The position numbers were made by a program, and so were the translations under genes. Below are positions 53,201 through 63,949 of a stretch of 64,000 bases of DNA, piece after piece. The notes beneath the pieces are model-generated. The model was not told where the DNA came from, did not search any database, and saw nothing but the letters and a program-made list of their open reading frames with translations. Position 1 is the first letter of the stretch, and each line of letters opens with the position of its first letter. The stretch comes from Amoebophrya sp. A120. Lineage: Eukaryota; Protista; Dinoflagellata. The stretch lies in the NCBI GenBank assembly GCA_905178155.1, contig CAJINV010000002.1, forward strand, positions 6,304,476-6,368,475. The letters are read 5' to 3'.

Positions 53201-54354
53201 CGCTGCTCGTGAACCCGATCACGAAATCGTCGGGCGCGAACGTCGGCGACGACTGGGACATCGACCGGAGTTTGGGGTATTCCCACGTGCGGATCCGAAA
53301 GTCGCAGTACTGGAACAACGTGATCGACCTCTGGCCGACCTGGCTGCCGCCGCTGCCGGACGGCGTCGCGTGGTACGACTTGACGAACGGGGCTTTTTTG
53401 GAGAAGACGCTGACGAACGAAGAGGGTTATAGGATTTTGAACCAGAACATCTTCACGATCGACGACTTTCCGCTGTACCAGCGGTCGGACATGCTGATCC
53501 CGTTGCAAATCCGCCAGTTCACGATTGGCGGCGCGACGCGGGAGAAGTACATGAAGGAATTGATTTTCCAAGCGATCGCGCCCTCGTACTCGCAGGCGGC
53601 CATGCTGGAGGAGGATGATTCGACATCATCTACTTCCGGAGATCTCGCGCTCGAGCAGCGCGGAACGGTGTTGGACGACGCGTACGGCATGAATCCGAAC
53701 TACGCGGACGAGCAGTTTTTGGAAATTTCCTGCGTGCTGCGGTGGGTTTCCCGGCTCGAACTGCGGGTGTATTTGATGGAGAACTACGCGGGAAAGATCG
53801 AGGATGATTTACAAACAAAATCGGGCCTGGTTCCCTTCGACCAGCGGAAGTTTTCGCTGTTTCTGCACAATTTTGCGGGCACAATCTCCTCCGCGGAGGT
53901 GGTTACCAGTGGGGGCACGACCACGACCGCGATTGCTTTACAATCGTCCTACAGCCGCCCGCGGGACACGGACACGACCACCAGCGCAGACGTGGGCAAC
54001 GACGTGCAGAAGTACGGGTTGCGGACGATCACCGCGTGTGTCTTGTCCTGCACGAGGATCACGGGTCTTCCGTTAATGCGGAGCGACGGCGACTACGTGA
54101 AGATTCAGTTGCAGGAAACGATCCCCTCGTCCCTGATCCAGGGCCTGCGGGGCGCGGATCGAAAGATCGGGCGGGCGGAGGGGAAGAGGGAGTTTCTGGA
54201 CGAAGACAGTGTGGAGTGGAGCGAGACCGACATCGCTGCGTTTTGGTCCACAGTGAATGCGGGGAGGTTGATGAACACCGACGGATTGGATGATGGCCAG
54301 AAAAAACGCCTATCGAACTTGTACGATTCCGCGCAGCAGATGCGGAACTTGTGA
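50215..54354 (+). CDS. Glycoside hydrolase family 31 (alpha-glucosidase/alpha-xylosidase-like), single long ORF
   Basis: GH31 motifs PRYTFGYWLS, IPIDVYVLDMQW, WWDFQ, SRFSGYGSHRY...FAGD, YWSHDL, RWLQFG, LIPYLY, MRPLY, YMLGDALLVNP. Confidence 0.88.
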   Translation: MISRHILPTIMLLVPSRTSHGSPFRVVLGARAAVLYYFSSTTQHQLAQAVSSALRANTRVRRDKRSGQKAKKAEKEKKKRKQASQTSTGAAEESNISPSSSSFSQAGTATEVSNPRSVPACCTYSNDNTDARVARPDPFGRVEAVPPMLRSSDSNASSTLGGGAADGAALEPVRPGFVRLDPEGGAGSGTSGGLPSTGLTQNGMTFSTRATTTATRVLRDQVHRFDAFRDQRLSPLSPKFHPAGESKVVTSDTNPKVFDLVPNQLRVSFLSPELLRVQYDNSKDGSSFHDWKTHAIVNRDFSDFFEEDVDSQNWKLTVVERPGGENAVVGVAVVGGAAAATGLWKLESKKVRFHYDASLFKDGDWTSGLIAFERLDRDVSDPKIDLDRPFDGSLFGTTKSAENFPMEGGKRYAHRMFLDCQREKDILTREGREDVFGCGQGNGPGCEPIRSMHCVYGVLNRRHGIALLDDSEMPIYNDAQNWNQHASPPGDNFSSVLLNEYAPNQFSSLPGNKDLYFFAFGKGKQLIDSQTGTRNALYKSTYEKSLAAFRHLTGPQPLGPRYTFGYWLSYWKWCTMRDYKVKGGVTRRDPHKIPFNVEAFDNVLENMFNTLGIPIDVYVLDMQWIAIDWSITSQRDKGGRDVGMTTTPSWGAFKYDRQMGDLPAWHRKWTDNDLGGLQISYNIHPHVGVMAAGIEPKAQWHEEAAYLQITSKICPDRQDKGGCMWGEYAENAEMLNLMDDVAMPIKNHFVAWWDFQAGDYEAVNQYPEKCRKQVDRLGNSKQTVYPCGEYGTKNWHPLQAINRVTYDGAIRRQEFRRGLQMSRFSGYGSHRYPMGFAGDQAKTWEALSWAPYWTVTASNAGYGYWSHDLICCDWGDPDRYQSWEKYMRWLQFGALTPNMRTHDKGAGDLQGVDMGAHMLFWDYPAVLLQASKQLVLWRSMLIPYLYHAAYLCSYTGISLMRPLYYNWPELEEAYGPEMVREEWESRNPFAYMLGDALLVNPITKSSGANVGDDWDIDRSLGYSHVRIRKSQYWNNVIDLWPTWLPPLPDGVAWYDLTNGAFLEKTLTNEEGYRILNQNIFTIDDFPLYQRSDMLIPLQIRQFTIGGATREKYMKELIFQAIAPSYSQAAMLEEDDSTSSTSGDLALEQRGTVLDDAYGMNPNYADEQFLEISCVLRWVSRLELRVYLMENYAGKIEDDLQTKSGLVPFDQRKFSLFLHNFAGTISSAEVVTSGGTTTTAIALQSSYSRPRDTDTTTSADVGNDVQKYGLRTITACVLSCTRITGLPLMRSDGDYVKIQLQETIPSSLIQGLRGADRKIGRAEGKREFLDEDSVEWSETDIAAFWSTVNAGRLMNTDGLDDGQKKRLSNLYDSAQQMRNL

Positions 54355-55226
54355 GGAGATAGTATTTTGAGAAGTTTATGAACGAAGATGAATGATGTCA
54401 GCTCTCAGGAGGGGTTTTCTCTGCTGAGCTTATCGTGCTTTATCTTTGCTACATTTTTTTTTGGCCACATTTACATACAATGCATGACGAATGTAAGATT
54501 TAGATTTTGGCATGAAGTCCTTTTGACAAACTGTTCCGAATAAGAAGTGTCGCTGTCGCTAGTAAGTAGAAAGACGACCCTATCATATCAGTATCATGTA
54601 AGATTCAGACGCAGACCTGAAACCCAATGGAACCTTTCGGAGAAAGTTTCAGCCTACCCCTCTATTCCTATCCAGACATAGCACTTTTTTGCTCAAGTGA
54701 AGTGAATGAAACCGTAACCCACTGTACTCCATTGTTTCCCAGATACTCGTACGCAATACAACCGGGAAGAGACTGGAATACTTCGACAGGCGGAGTCTGT
54801 CTCCACCAAGATCCGTGTTTTTCGAGTTGCAAGGATCGAGAAAAGTCATTAGGAGAAGGAAGGAAAGAACTCAATACAGTAATCCAAGATCTGGATCGAA
54901 GAATAAAAAAAACGAAAATGAAGATCTCGCACCTAAAAGCACCACGATCAATAGCGATCAGCCTCCTGAAAGTGAATCTAAAGCTGCCTCCGCAGCGTGA
55001 TCTTCTTTCGTGTGCTGTGGCTGCCGTGAGTTTGGTTTTATTATGCGACCAATACAAAACATCGCAGTGATTTTCGTTTTTCCACCGCAGTGAGACCTCC
55101 TACGTTGTGAGATTCTGAATTCTGGGTTTACTATTTCTAGTTTAGCTCCTCACCTAAAGCTAAAGCTAAAGTGGCCTCCTCAAGTTTGTGATTGTGTTGC
55201 CACAGCACTAGCCAAAAAGGAGCAAA

Positions 55227-55958
55227 ATGGACGGTTGGGTTTCCTCCTGGAGCACAGAGCCGCTTTCCGGTGTCGACATTTCCGCTACTCCCGCTGCGCA
55301 AAACAAAACCAAAACCGTAACAACACCCGGCGCGACAAAAAGTCTTGTGAAAAAAACAAACACCACTCCAAGCACGGAAACGAAAGCAGCAGCGGATACT
55401 AGTACCGCGGTGCAAAAGAACAAAGGGAGAAAGAGTGTAGGAGCCTCGTCGAAAAAAGGTAAAAGGACAGTTTCGTGGGTGGATGACGAAGACGGCAGTT
55501 CGGATTCTGAAGACGGCTCGGATTCCATGTCCGACTGGTCGGGGATGTCGGATGAGAGTCTGGACGAAGGCTTCGCATTCAAAGACGCAGCGGTGAACGA
55601 GGAGTTTCTGCGGGGAGATGTTGGCGGTGAGGAACAGAACGTTGTTCGTGCCGCTGCTACCAGACCAGCTTCTTCAAGCACGACGACAAGAACTTCGTCA
55701 AACTCAGGCGCCAGTAGTGTCGCAAGTACTGCACATGGCGGAAAGAAGCAAAAGGCAATGAAAGTTATGAAGAAGAAGCTCGAGGCGGGGAAGAAGCAGA
55801 AGGAGAAATTAACAACGGCTAAAGAACCAGCAGGAAGCGAGGCGACTCCCGCCCAAAAAACGACAGTCAGCGACTCGAACAGTACGAAGGCTGGTGAACT
55901 GCCGGCGATGAAAAAAAAGAAGAAAATCGTGAAAAAGAAGGCCGGTGTGAAAAAGTAA
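55227..55958 (+). CDS. Hypothetical low-complexity Lys/Ser/Asp-rich protein
   Basis: 243-aa ATG-initiated ORF with an acidic patch and basic NLS-like clusters; no domain recognised. Confidence 0.55.
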   Translation: MDGWVSSWSTEPLSGVDISATPAAQNKTKTVTTPGATKSLVKKTNTTPSTETKAAADTSTAVQKNKGRKSVGASSKKGKRTVSWVDDEDGSSDSEDGSDSMSDWSGMSDESLDEGFAFKDAAVNEEFLRGDVGGEEQNVVRAAATRPASSSTTTRTSSNSGASSVASTAHGGKKQKAMKVMKKKLEAGKKQKEKLTTAKEPAGSEATPAQKTTVSDSNSTKAGELPAMKKKKKIVKKKAGVKK

Positions 55959-56470
55959 AATTTGCACTGATGCAGCTGCGCGTAGTACGAAATTTCATTC
56001 TTGGAATGGAGAAATTATGTTGAGTCATAGTAAGAAAGATAATTGCAAACGAAACTATGTTGAGTCACAGAACTAAGTTTGTGCAAGAACATCTGCGCTC
56101 AACCTTGCAACTGTGCAAATCAGAACCACTTGTGATCGCTGCGAAGGCGTTGCTGATGTTCCATTTTCCTGGCTTCGATGACTTGGCTCTTCGCAAAAGT
56201 TTCGAGAAAGTAATTTTGTGCTTCTTCGCTTGACTAGTCGTAATAAATTTGTTCCTAGACTTCTTGTTGTCGTTCTGGACGCGCAATTCTTGAACTTGAT
56301 GTGTTTTAGTGTCACTTGCTGTGCAGAATGACGAATTTTTTAGGACACTCAAAGAACTCTTGAATTAGTCCCATTGCCTCAGCAACTCGAACCAATGAAA
56401 GCTTTTCGTCTTTAATACTGAAAAAAATATTTTCTGCACCTCAGCCCGGTGTTCCTCGAAGACCACAAAA

Positions 56471-57895
56471 ATGAACCAACCAAGGCGCCACTTCGTCGTC
56501 GCCGCAGGAGGGCAGCAGCAGGCCCCCGGACCGGCCGCAGTCGCGCCTGGTAAGTGGGACCATAACCGATGGCTGGACCGTTTTGCCGCCGGGCAAAGTG
56601 ACTGGAATACGCAGAAGAAATCGCGCGAAAAGGTGGCGCAGCACAACTACAGTTACTTCGTACAGGGGTTGCGCTTGCCGATACCAACCACCATCCGGAT
56701 AAATTGGAACGATGCGGCCTATCAGCAGCGAATACAAGACTTTCTGAAAACGGTAAACGCCTCGTCTTCGTCAAGAACGACGCAGCGCGCATCTGGTGTT
56801 GCCGATTCCTTCCAGCCTCGTAGCTCCAACAAAATTTCCTTCATGGTTGCCACCACGGACGTCGCAGCGCAGTACTTTACCAAACAGCAACACAAAAGGG
56901 TGGTCGCCCTCAACTACGCCAACGGCTTCCACCCGGGCGGCGGCTACGTCCGGGGGTCGCGCGCGCAGGAAGAAGACCTGTGCCGGCAGTTCCCGACCTA
57001 TTTTTCTTCCCTAAACCGCGCTTATACAGGGAGGCAACAGGACCACCGTGACTCCCTGTACCCCTTCGGACCGGGCACCGCGAAGTTTGCAAACCCGATG
57101 CAGAAAAAGGCGGCGACGGGTACGGACCAGTACGCGGATATTCTTTTCACGGACAACGTTCCCTGTCTGCGGGCGGGGGAGAGCGAAGGGTACCGGGTTT
57201 ATGCGGACGAGGAAAAATTTTCCTGTGCGTTCGTCGCTGCGGCCGCACCGAATCTGCGGCAAGGGGAACTGTTCGACGAGCTTCTGCTGAAGCACGCGAT
57301 GACAAATATCATCTGCGGGCCGCAGCTTTTCTTCACAAATAACGGCAGTGGCGTGAGTGCCAAAACCACGACCCAAGACGGAGGACCACTAATCGCGAGC
57401 CAAGTTTTACTACCCGGCCAGCAGCAGCAGGACCACCACCAGCACCCAAACGGCAGGTCTGCAGGAAGTGTGTCTAGTACCGGTGGTGGAGGTATGATAA
57501 GTCCCGGAAATTATGTGATTGACACTTCCGGCGTGCAGGTTGTCGCCCCACCTCTGCAGGAAATGAGTCACGGCAAGAGGCCGTCCCAGCCGACGTCCAG
57601 AGCCTCCAGCAAAGGGAACGCCGCAAACCCACCGGCCCCCTACGACGTGTTAATTCTGGGCGCTTGGGGCTGTGGGGCGTTCGGGTGTGACGCACAGCAG
57701 ATGGTGTCGCTGTTTGCGCAGGTGATTCTGGAGCTAAATTTGGACAAGTTGTACGAGGAAATCTGTTTTGCGGTGCCGGATTTCCCGAACAACAGCCGGG
57801 AACAGGGCGCGGTGGTGGAGAAGAATCACGTCGTGTGTCAGAAAGTGTTGAAGAAAATGTTCGGGGAAAGATTGGAAAGTTACATACAGGTGTGA
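56471..57895 (+). CDS. Microbial-type poly(ADP-ribose) glycohydrolase-like protein (TIGR02452/DUF2263 macrodomain family)
   Basis: VALNYANGFHPGGGYVRGSRAQEEDLCR, AAAPNL and LILGAWGCGAFG motifs; uninterrupted ORF. Confidence 0.85.
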   Translation: MNQPRRHFVVAAGGQQQAPGPAAVAPGKWDHNRWLDRFAAGQSDWNTQKKSREKVAQHNYSYFVQGLRLPIPTTIRINWNDAAYQQRIQDFLKTVNASSSSRTTQRASGVADSFQPRSSNKISFMVATTDVAAQYFTKQQHKRVVALNYANGFHPGGGYVRGSRAQEEDLCRQFPTYFSSLNRAYTGRQQDHRDSLYPFGPGTAKFANPMQKKAATGTDQYADILFTDNVPCLRAGESEGYRVYADEEKFSCAFVAAAAPNLRQGELFDELLLKHAMTNIICGPQLFFTNNGSGVSAKTTTQDGGPLIASQVLLPGQQQQDHHQHPNGRSAGSVSSTGGGGMISPGNYVIDTSGVQVVAPPLQEMSHGKRPSQPTSRASSKGNAANPPAPYDVLILGAWGCGAFGCDAQQMVSLFAQVILELNLDKLYEEICFAVPDFPNNSREQGAVVEKNHVVCQKVLKKMFGERLESYIQV

Positions 57896-58500
57896 TAAGA
57901 TGTCATGCTGAAAGATGCAGTTTTTGTGATAAATGATACCTAGATCATGTAGATCGATACCGTGACATGGCGACGAAGCGAGCTCCGAATTCGAGACAGG
58001 AAGTTCACCGCACAACCGCGCAAGAATTTGTTCTGAGAGTGTAGATGCGCAGAATTGCCGCATTTTGCGCGCACGAGGATTATTTGATCTTCAATGCCGA
58101 TAAGATCTTCCAGTTGATCGTGGCTGCTTAGTAGTTTCTTAAGTGCTACGAAATGGAAGTGTTTTTGCGGAGATTCGGGTCTTTCACAATCCTCTTTGAA
58201 AAACGAGAGCGATCTTCTTTCTGGCACCAGGGATCAGGACCGACTTTTTGGAGTCTTCGTTTATTTCATCAGGTGTGATGAAGCAATTGTACCCCTAGCC
58301 CTACGTTCTCCTGATTTAGGTGGATAACTGGTTTGATGACGTGGTCCTCAACTCGCAGGTCTGACAGAGAAGACCAAACTTCTTTTCTTTTTAGGACCAC
58401 AATACTTCATTGTTTCCAGAATTGAAGTCGAGCGGCAAAATAAAACGCAAAGAGAAAGAAGTGCTGCTTCCTCGCTGGTCTAATCAAACGGGCCGCAAAA

Positions 58501-60067
58501 ATGGCAGCGCTCGACCCAGTACTCCTGCCGACTCCGGAGGGTTTTCTGTGTCCGATCACACACGAGATAATGCGAGACCCCGTGTGCACGGCCGACGGAC
58601 AAACGTACGAGAGAGAGGCCATCACGCATTGGTTTCAAGTGAACCGCCGTGGCACGTCACCAGTTACCGGCGCAGTCTTGGCAGCCCGATCGCTCACCCC
58701 CAACTACGCACTGCGCCGAGCTATCGAGGCCTATCTCGAATCGCGGCCGGAGTTGGTCCGGAAAAAAATGGAAGAGGTAAACATTGCGGAAGCGGTCAAG
58801 ATCAGGGAGAGTGATTTGGCAGAAGTCGCGCAGAAGAGCGAAGCCCGTGCGGAGTACGTCAAAAAATTGGAGCAGGAGAATGCACGCCTGCGGTCCAGGA
58901 TGGGACTTGAGACGCAGGGGGACGCTGCAACACAAGACGTTATTAGCAGCGGAGTCGGGGAGGAAACCCGGGAAGCAGTGCGCAGATCGCTTTCGTTTTC
59001 GCCGCTCCGGGACACTCATATCACTGAAATGCGCTGTCTTTGTTCGGCGCGTGATCTCCTGCGTTTACTCGCCGAAGGAGAGGACACTATCAGCTTCATT
59101 GCGGTTTCTCTCCACGCCAAAGCGATGGAGGAAGCCTCGGACACTTTCAGTGTGGCCGCTGTCGTGCGTGTATGTGACCATATACGATATTTTGCGGGAC
59201 TAGAGCTCGAGTGCTCGAGCCTCGTGAGCCAATTATTAAACATCTGCAGAGAAAGACTCCGAAAATTTATCTGCGAACAGGTAAAAGCTGTGGTGTCTAG
59301 TTCTCGTGGTGACCTTGTTGTCGTATTGGCGTACTACTCTTATGTACGCTTGATACAATGCAGAAACTGAATACACTAGCACAGAGGTCTGGGCTGCACA
59401 AGCTAGGGGCTTGCATGGACAATATATCGCTAATTTTTTACAGGTGCGCCAACCCGCGAATGCTTCTTTGGAGGGCTTGGAACTCAGCCTCGGCCAGCGT
59501 GCGCTCTTTCTCGTCAACCTGAAACTCATGGGGCAGCTGTTTTTGAGATGCTTCCTTAGCGTTTCTGATATGAAAAGAGTAATTATGGACCTGTTGAGAA
59601 TGCAGTCGAACGTCGGGACGGAGTCGCCTTATTGGATGCCTGAAGGAGTCGCCGTAGCGGAGCAGGAATCGCCATCATCAGCGATAGAGCTCCCCGAAGA
59701 AATTGAGCTTATGGCTGCGTGCGAATTGTTAAAAGACATTGGCTTCACCCTCGAGTATCTGACGCCGTACATGGGCGCGGGGGGGATCCCGAGATGGTTG
59801 CGCCGTACAGATCCTGAGCGTCATTTTTCCATTTTTGGCATTTTTTTTGCCCGGCTGAATCGTCTGCGGAATTGTCAAGGTTCCCGGTACAGTGAGCGTT
59901 GTCTGATTATGATTGACGATTTGCACAAGTTGCGTGCAAACCAATGGCGGAAACTTCCGGTAGTTCGCTCCATGCCCGAACTGGATTCGGAAGACTATGC
60001 TGGTGCGCCACCAGCGAGCACAATGTACGCGAGTACTTTAAATCTCTTAAGAGATCTTACGATGTGA
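58501..60067 (+). CDS. U-box E3 ligase domain + coiled coil + degenerate MIF4G domain
   Basis: U-box FLCPITHEIMRDPV...GQTYEREAI..W...TSPVTG...PNYALR. After a probable GT-AG intron (59281-59443): NLKLMGQLF, CELLKDIG and SERCLIMIDDLHKLRANQW resemble eIF4G-type MIF4G helices. Confidence 0.75.
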
Positions 60068-60843
60068 CCTATTCCACTATTTCCTGAATTAGCGAGCAGC
60101 GCACTGATATAGCCTGCGCTGAAATAGTGTCAATATCAATGGCGGTGCCTTCGCCTCACTGTTGTTTCTCCACTCTCTCGTTAGTTGTCATTCTGAAGAT
60201 GATCGTGAAAGAACCATGTCCAACTCTGCTCCTTTTTTGCCACTCTGCATAATGAAGATGATCGTGAAAAAACCGCTGCGTAGCTCCTTTTTTGCCACTC
60301 TGCATGATGGATTTCTTGCGGCTTCGTTTTTGTTGTCGGGCTCTAAAGCTTGTATTTCTGGTACAAACAAACTGAATTCGAATTCCTGGCGTACTTTCCT
60401 ACATGCGAAGTTTCGTGGTCGTCCTTCCTCTTTTTCCGTAGTGCGTCCGTGAAAGGTTTTCTTCGTTTCCTTTTTCATCGTGCGTTTTTTCTCGTTCTGA
60501 TTAAGCTGCTCGACCCTCGTACAACCCGTGGTGTACTGTGTGTTGGAAAAGGCTCAACAGACCCAGTGATCTTCCAAGTTATGGCGTGCACAGTTCGTTA
60601 AATGAAATTGTCAACAGTTAGAAGCATCGTAAGAACTCGACAAAACAGAAACGATCATCACCTTCACGAGCAAGGCGAACCCGTTTACTTTTGAAGTAGA
60701 AATCCTCGACGTCACGTCAATTCAAACCCGCTTCTCACTCTGGAAAGTTGCAATAAGAAATTCAAAACAATTTTCTCTTGAGTATACGTACTAACAAACT
60801 GAGCGTTAGCTTCTTTCCTTCATTTCCCTGAGTTAAAAAAAAA

Positions 60844-62531
60844 ATGGCAATCAGTGGTACAGCGCGACCGTCGCGTGTTGCCTCGGCAACACTCGCAGCT
60901 TTCAGCACGACTGCTGCCCGAGGACTGCTCTTGAAATCGCTGCCGCCGGAAGGAGAAGACGCGGCGGACGCGGTCGCGGATCCACGACTTCCGTCCACAA
61001 CTAAACCTTCGACATCCGAATCGGACGAAGCGTCGCGTCGCCCTTTGCTAGCAGCCAAAAGCAGGACCACTACAACTGCAGCGGCGACTGATTCGAAAAG
61101 ATCTGCGGCGTCTTCGTTCGCGTCTCTGGACGCCCTGGTAGCGGGGGCGCTGGAACAGGTCGGAATTTCGACAGAAGAAGGAAAAGTTGGAACAACTCCA
61201 CCGGAAATCGCGATCGACGAAGCAAAGCAAACCATCCGGGTGAGCTTTCCCAACGCAACGGCTACTGGCCCCAGTGCAGGGCGAGGACCGGAAAGAACTT
61301 CCTCCCTGCTGGAGAAAAACAAGCGGTTGAATTTGGCAGCAAAAAGAACGGAGCAGCAAGAGGCGCTTTTCCGTGAAAGTAAAATGCAGCTGGACGAGTA
61401 CCAACTCCAACCCGGGGAGATCTACTGTCCGCGGCCGGAAAATTTTGGCATTGATGACGACCCGGCGAACGGAGTGTTCTACGACGGCCCGGAGTACTAC
61501 CCTGACAACGTGAAGGCGGTGAGTTCGGCGGAGGTGGCGATCTACGAGGACGGGCTGACCGGGTGGACCATCAACGCCAAGGGCCGGGTGTCGAGTAAGT
61601 TCGCCGTGGATTTGACCGGCGGGTACATGGAGTTCAAGTACGACGCGTCCGGGGTAACTTCCAACGCGATCAACGCGAATTTCTACGCGTGCGCGCAGAG
61701 TAAAGACCTCATGAACGGCCTGACGGAAACGTCGACGGGCGAAGATGTGAAGCGCACCTACTGCGACGCGCAGCCTTCCACCGCCGACAAGGGGCTCGGG
61801 GGCAGCTGCGAGGAGTTCGACCTGTGGGAAAGCAGCGGCCAGGAGGGCGGGCGGATCACCATGCACCGCGCGTTCGACGGCAGTGGCCAGGACATGCGGG
61901 ACTTTGAGCAGCCGGAGCCAAACGCGGTGCTATCCGGCGTGAAAATCGCTTCTAGCCTACTTCCAGAGTAAGTTGTGCCTTTTAGATGATGTACCTACTT
62001 GCCACTGGAAAGGAAAAAAAAATGAATCTATCGGGTGCATGGCCAGGATCCCCTCGTGCTGTCCTCCGACGACTTGCAGGGTGTTCTTTTCCGGCTCTGG
62101 TTTTGTACAAAGCGTCAAAGCTTTTTAAAATCTTTTCGACAAATTATTCAGTAAGTAGACTCTTGGCTCTGGGAACTACAAGGTATTTTTCCGCAGGATA
62201 AGCCTTTCGTTGGAGCCAGTTTGACGACGGGGGCGGCAAGATGGAGGTCGGGACCCAAAGCCACGACATGCCGGCCAACTTTCGCGGGGTCAATGTCCGC
62301 GACATCGGCCGGGACCGCGGGTGGCGCATTCACTCCAGTCAGTGGACGGGGTGGACTCCGAAAGCCGGCAACCGCATGGATCACGACGCGCTGGCCAGGC
62401 CCTCGGTTTATCGCATTCGCGGCTTCCGAGGGAGCTGGACCTGGATCGCCGGCACGAAACCCCCCAAGTGCGACGCCAACGGCAAGGTGCCGCAGCCGGG
62501 CGGTGGGGCGGGTAGAAAAGTTGTGGTGTGA
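60844..62531 (+). CDS. Glycoside hydrolase family 7-like (clan B) protein
   Basis: MEFKYDASGV...INANFY, YCDAQ and CEEFDLWE resemble GH7 motifs (YCDAQ; ExDxxE). Frame continues into ORF 62241..62531 after removing 61931-62200 plus 5 nt. 3' end uncertain. Confidence 0.6.
61931..62200. mobile_element. Degenerate TIR introner (family G-like)
   Basis: TATCCGGCGTGAAAAT / ATTTTTTCCGCAGGATA; flanking 5-mers have diverged (GGTGC/AGCCT) but removing element plus 5 nt restores the frame. Confidence 0.6.
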
Positions 62532-63499
62532 GTTGTAGCAACAAACTGCGTCATTTTGGACAAGCTTTCTACTAGCATTTGTTCATGAATAGAAATGAAT
62601 GTAGTACTGGTCGTGTTTCTGCTAGGAAAAGAAGGCCGTTCACAGTAGAAGAAAGATATTCAATCTTCTTGTAACGAAATAGAACACCGATCCAAGAATT
62701 CCGAGCTTCCGTACTGTCAATCCATACAGGGGCCGCCAACGGCGCGACCTCCGGTGATGCGACCGGAGTGCAACTGGGTGGTGGTGCCAGTGTTAATGGC
62801 GTAGCGAATTCCGCCACTGTTTTGGGTTACCACAGGGAACAGCAAAAGCCTCCGCACTTCAGCCAATGTCTTGCTCGTTGTGCTCGCTGACTCGGCAGCG
62901 CCAGGAGCGAGGCGCCTGTTTTCATCATGTAGTTTGCACCAGAGTCTTTTTCAATATCTTTGCTGGTTTTCTTCTACCCTGCATGCTCAAGTGTAAGTGC
63001 CAAGAAGTGCTGTATTAAGTTGGCGATTGCATGTCGATTTATGTTCTTGGTGGCAGCAGTATTTTCAATGATAGAGCAGGGCAATGATTATCGGGCGTGC
63101 TGTATGCGTAGGCTTTTCACTCTGATACGAATGCAACTTCGGGACAAGGCGGCGTCGCGTCTCTACAAGCAGGTGCGGGACAACAGGCCATGCTGGGTGC
63201 GTCAAACGTTGTCTTATCATCTTGAAAACAGAAATAGCAACAGCTCTACCGGCGTCCGTGCATAGTGATGTGAGTAATTTGATTGGGTTATTGCAGGAAT
63301 CAAAATGTGATACTTGCGTCACCACGAAGAGGACGAGACACGGTCGTCACCGTCCTTCTAATTCACGAGACAAAAGCAAAAGCATGCTGCAAGACTAGGA
63401 AAGTATTCGTGCCCCCAACGATGCAGTCACGCAATAAAGGTAGTGCAGATTTCTACTTCACATTTTTCCAGATGATAAGAAAACGGCGCGCAGCCTTAC

Positions 63500-63949
63500 G
63501 TGATGAACAACGGTCAATTTGCGGCCCGCCCCGCCGATGATCAATGCTGCGGTGGCAACCAAGGGCAAGCAGCGCTGCCGCCTTCCGTGGCCGCCGGTCA
63601 ACCTCTCGCTTCTTCCCTGGCCGGTCAACCTCTCGCTACATCGCAGCAAGCGGCGGTGGCTCAATCGCAGCCGGTCACTGGTACTGGTGGTCAAGGAGTC
63701 GCTGGTGTGCAGGGTGGACTCGCTGGTGCGCAAGGGGGACTCGCTGGTGTTCAAGCTGGACTCGCTGGTGGTCTGCAAGGACTCGCCGGTGCGCAAGGAA
63801 TGGGTGCGCAAGGACTCGCTGGTGCGCAAGGAATGGGTGCGCAAGGAGTGGCTGGCTCGCAAGGAATGGCTGCGCAAGGACTCGCTGGCGCTCAAGGAGT
63901 GGGTACGCAAGCGGGGCAACAAGGAGGCGCTGCACAGTTGGCAAGATAA
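63500..63949 (+). CDS. Gly/Ala/Gln-rich repeat ORF (possible exon)
   Basis: Tandem GGACTCGCTGGTGCGCAA-type repeats encoding QGLAGAQG / QGMGAQG. Confidence 0.45.
   Translation: MMNNGQFAARPADDQCCGGNQGQAALPPSVAAGQPLASSLAGQPLATSQQAAVAQSQPVTGTGGQGVAGVQGGLAGAQGGLAGVQAGLAGGLQGLAGAQGMGAQGLAGAQGMGAQGVAGSQGMAAQGLAGAQGVGTQAGQQGGAAQLAR

Noticed and set aside
50752-53571. Long antisense ORFs (305 aa and 515 aa) opposite GH31, and similar ones opposite pol and PP2C
   Set aside because: Shadow ORFs expected from GC-rich codon usage; no motifs.
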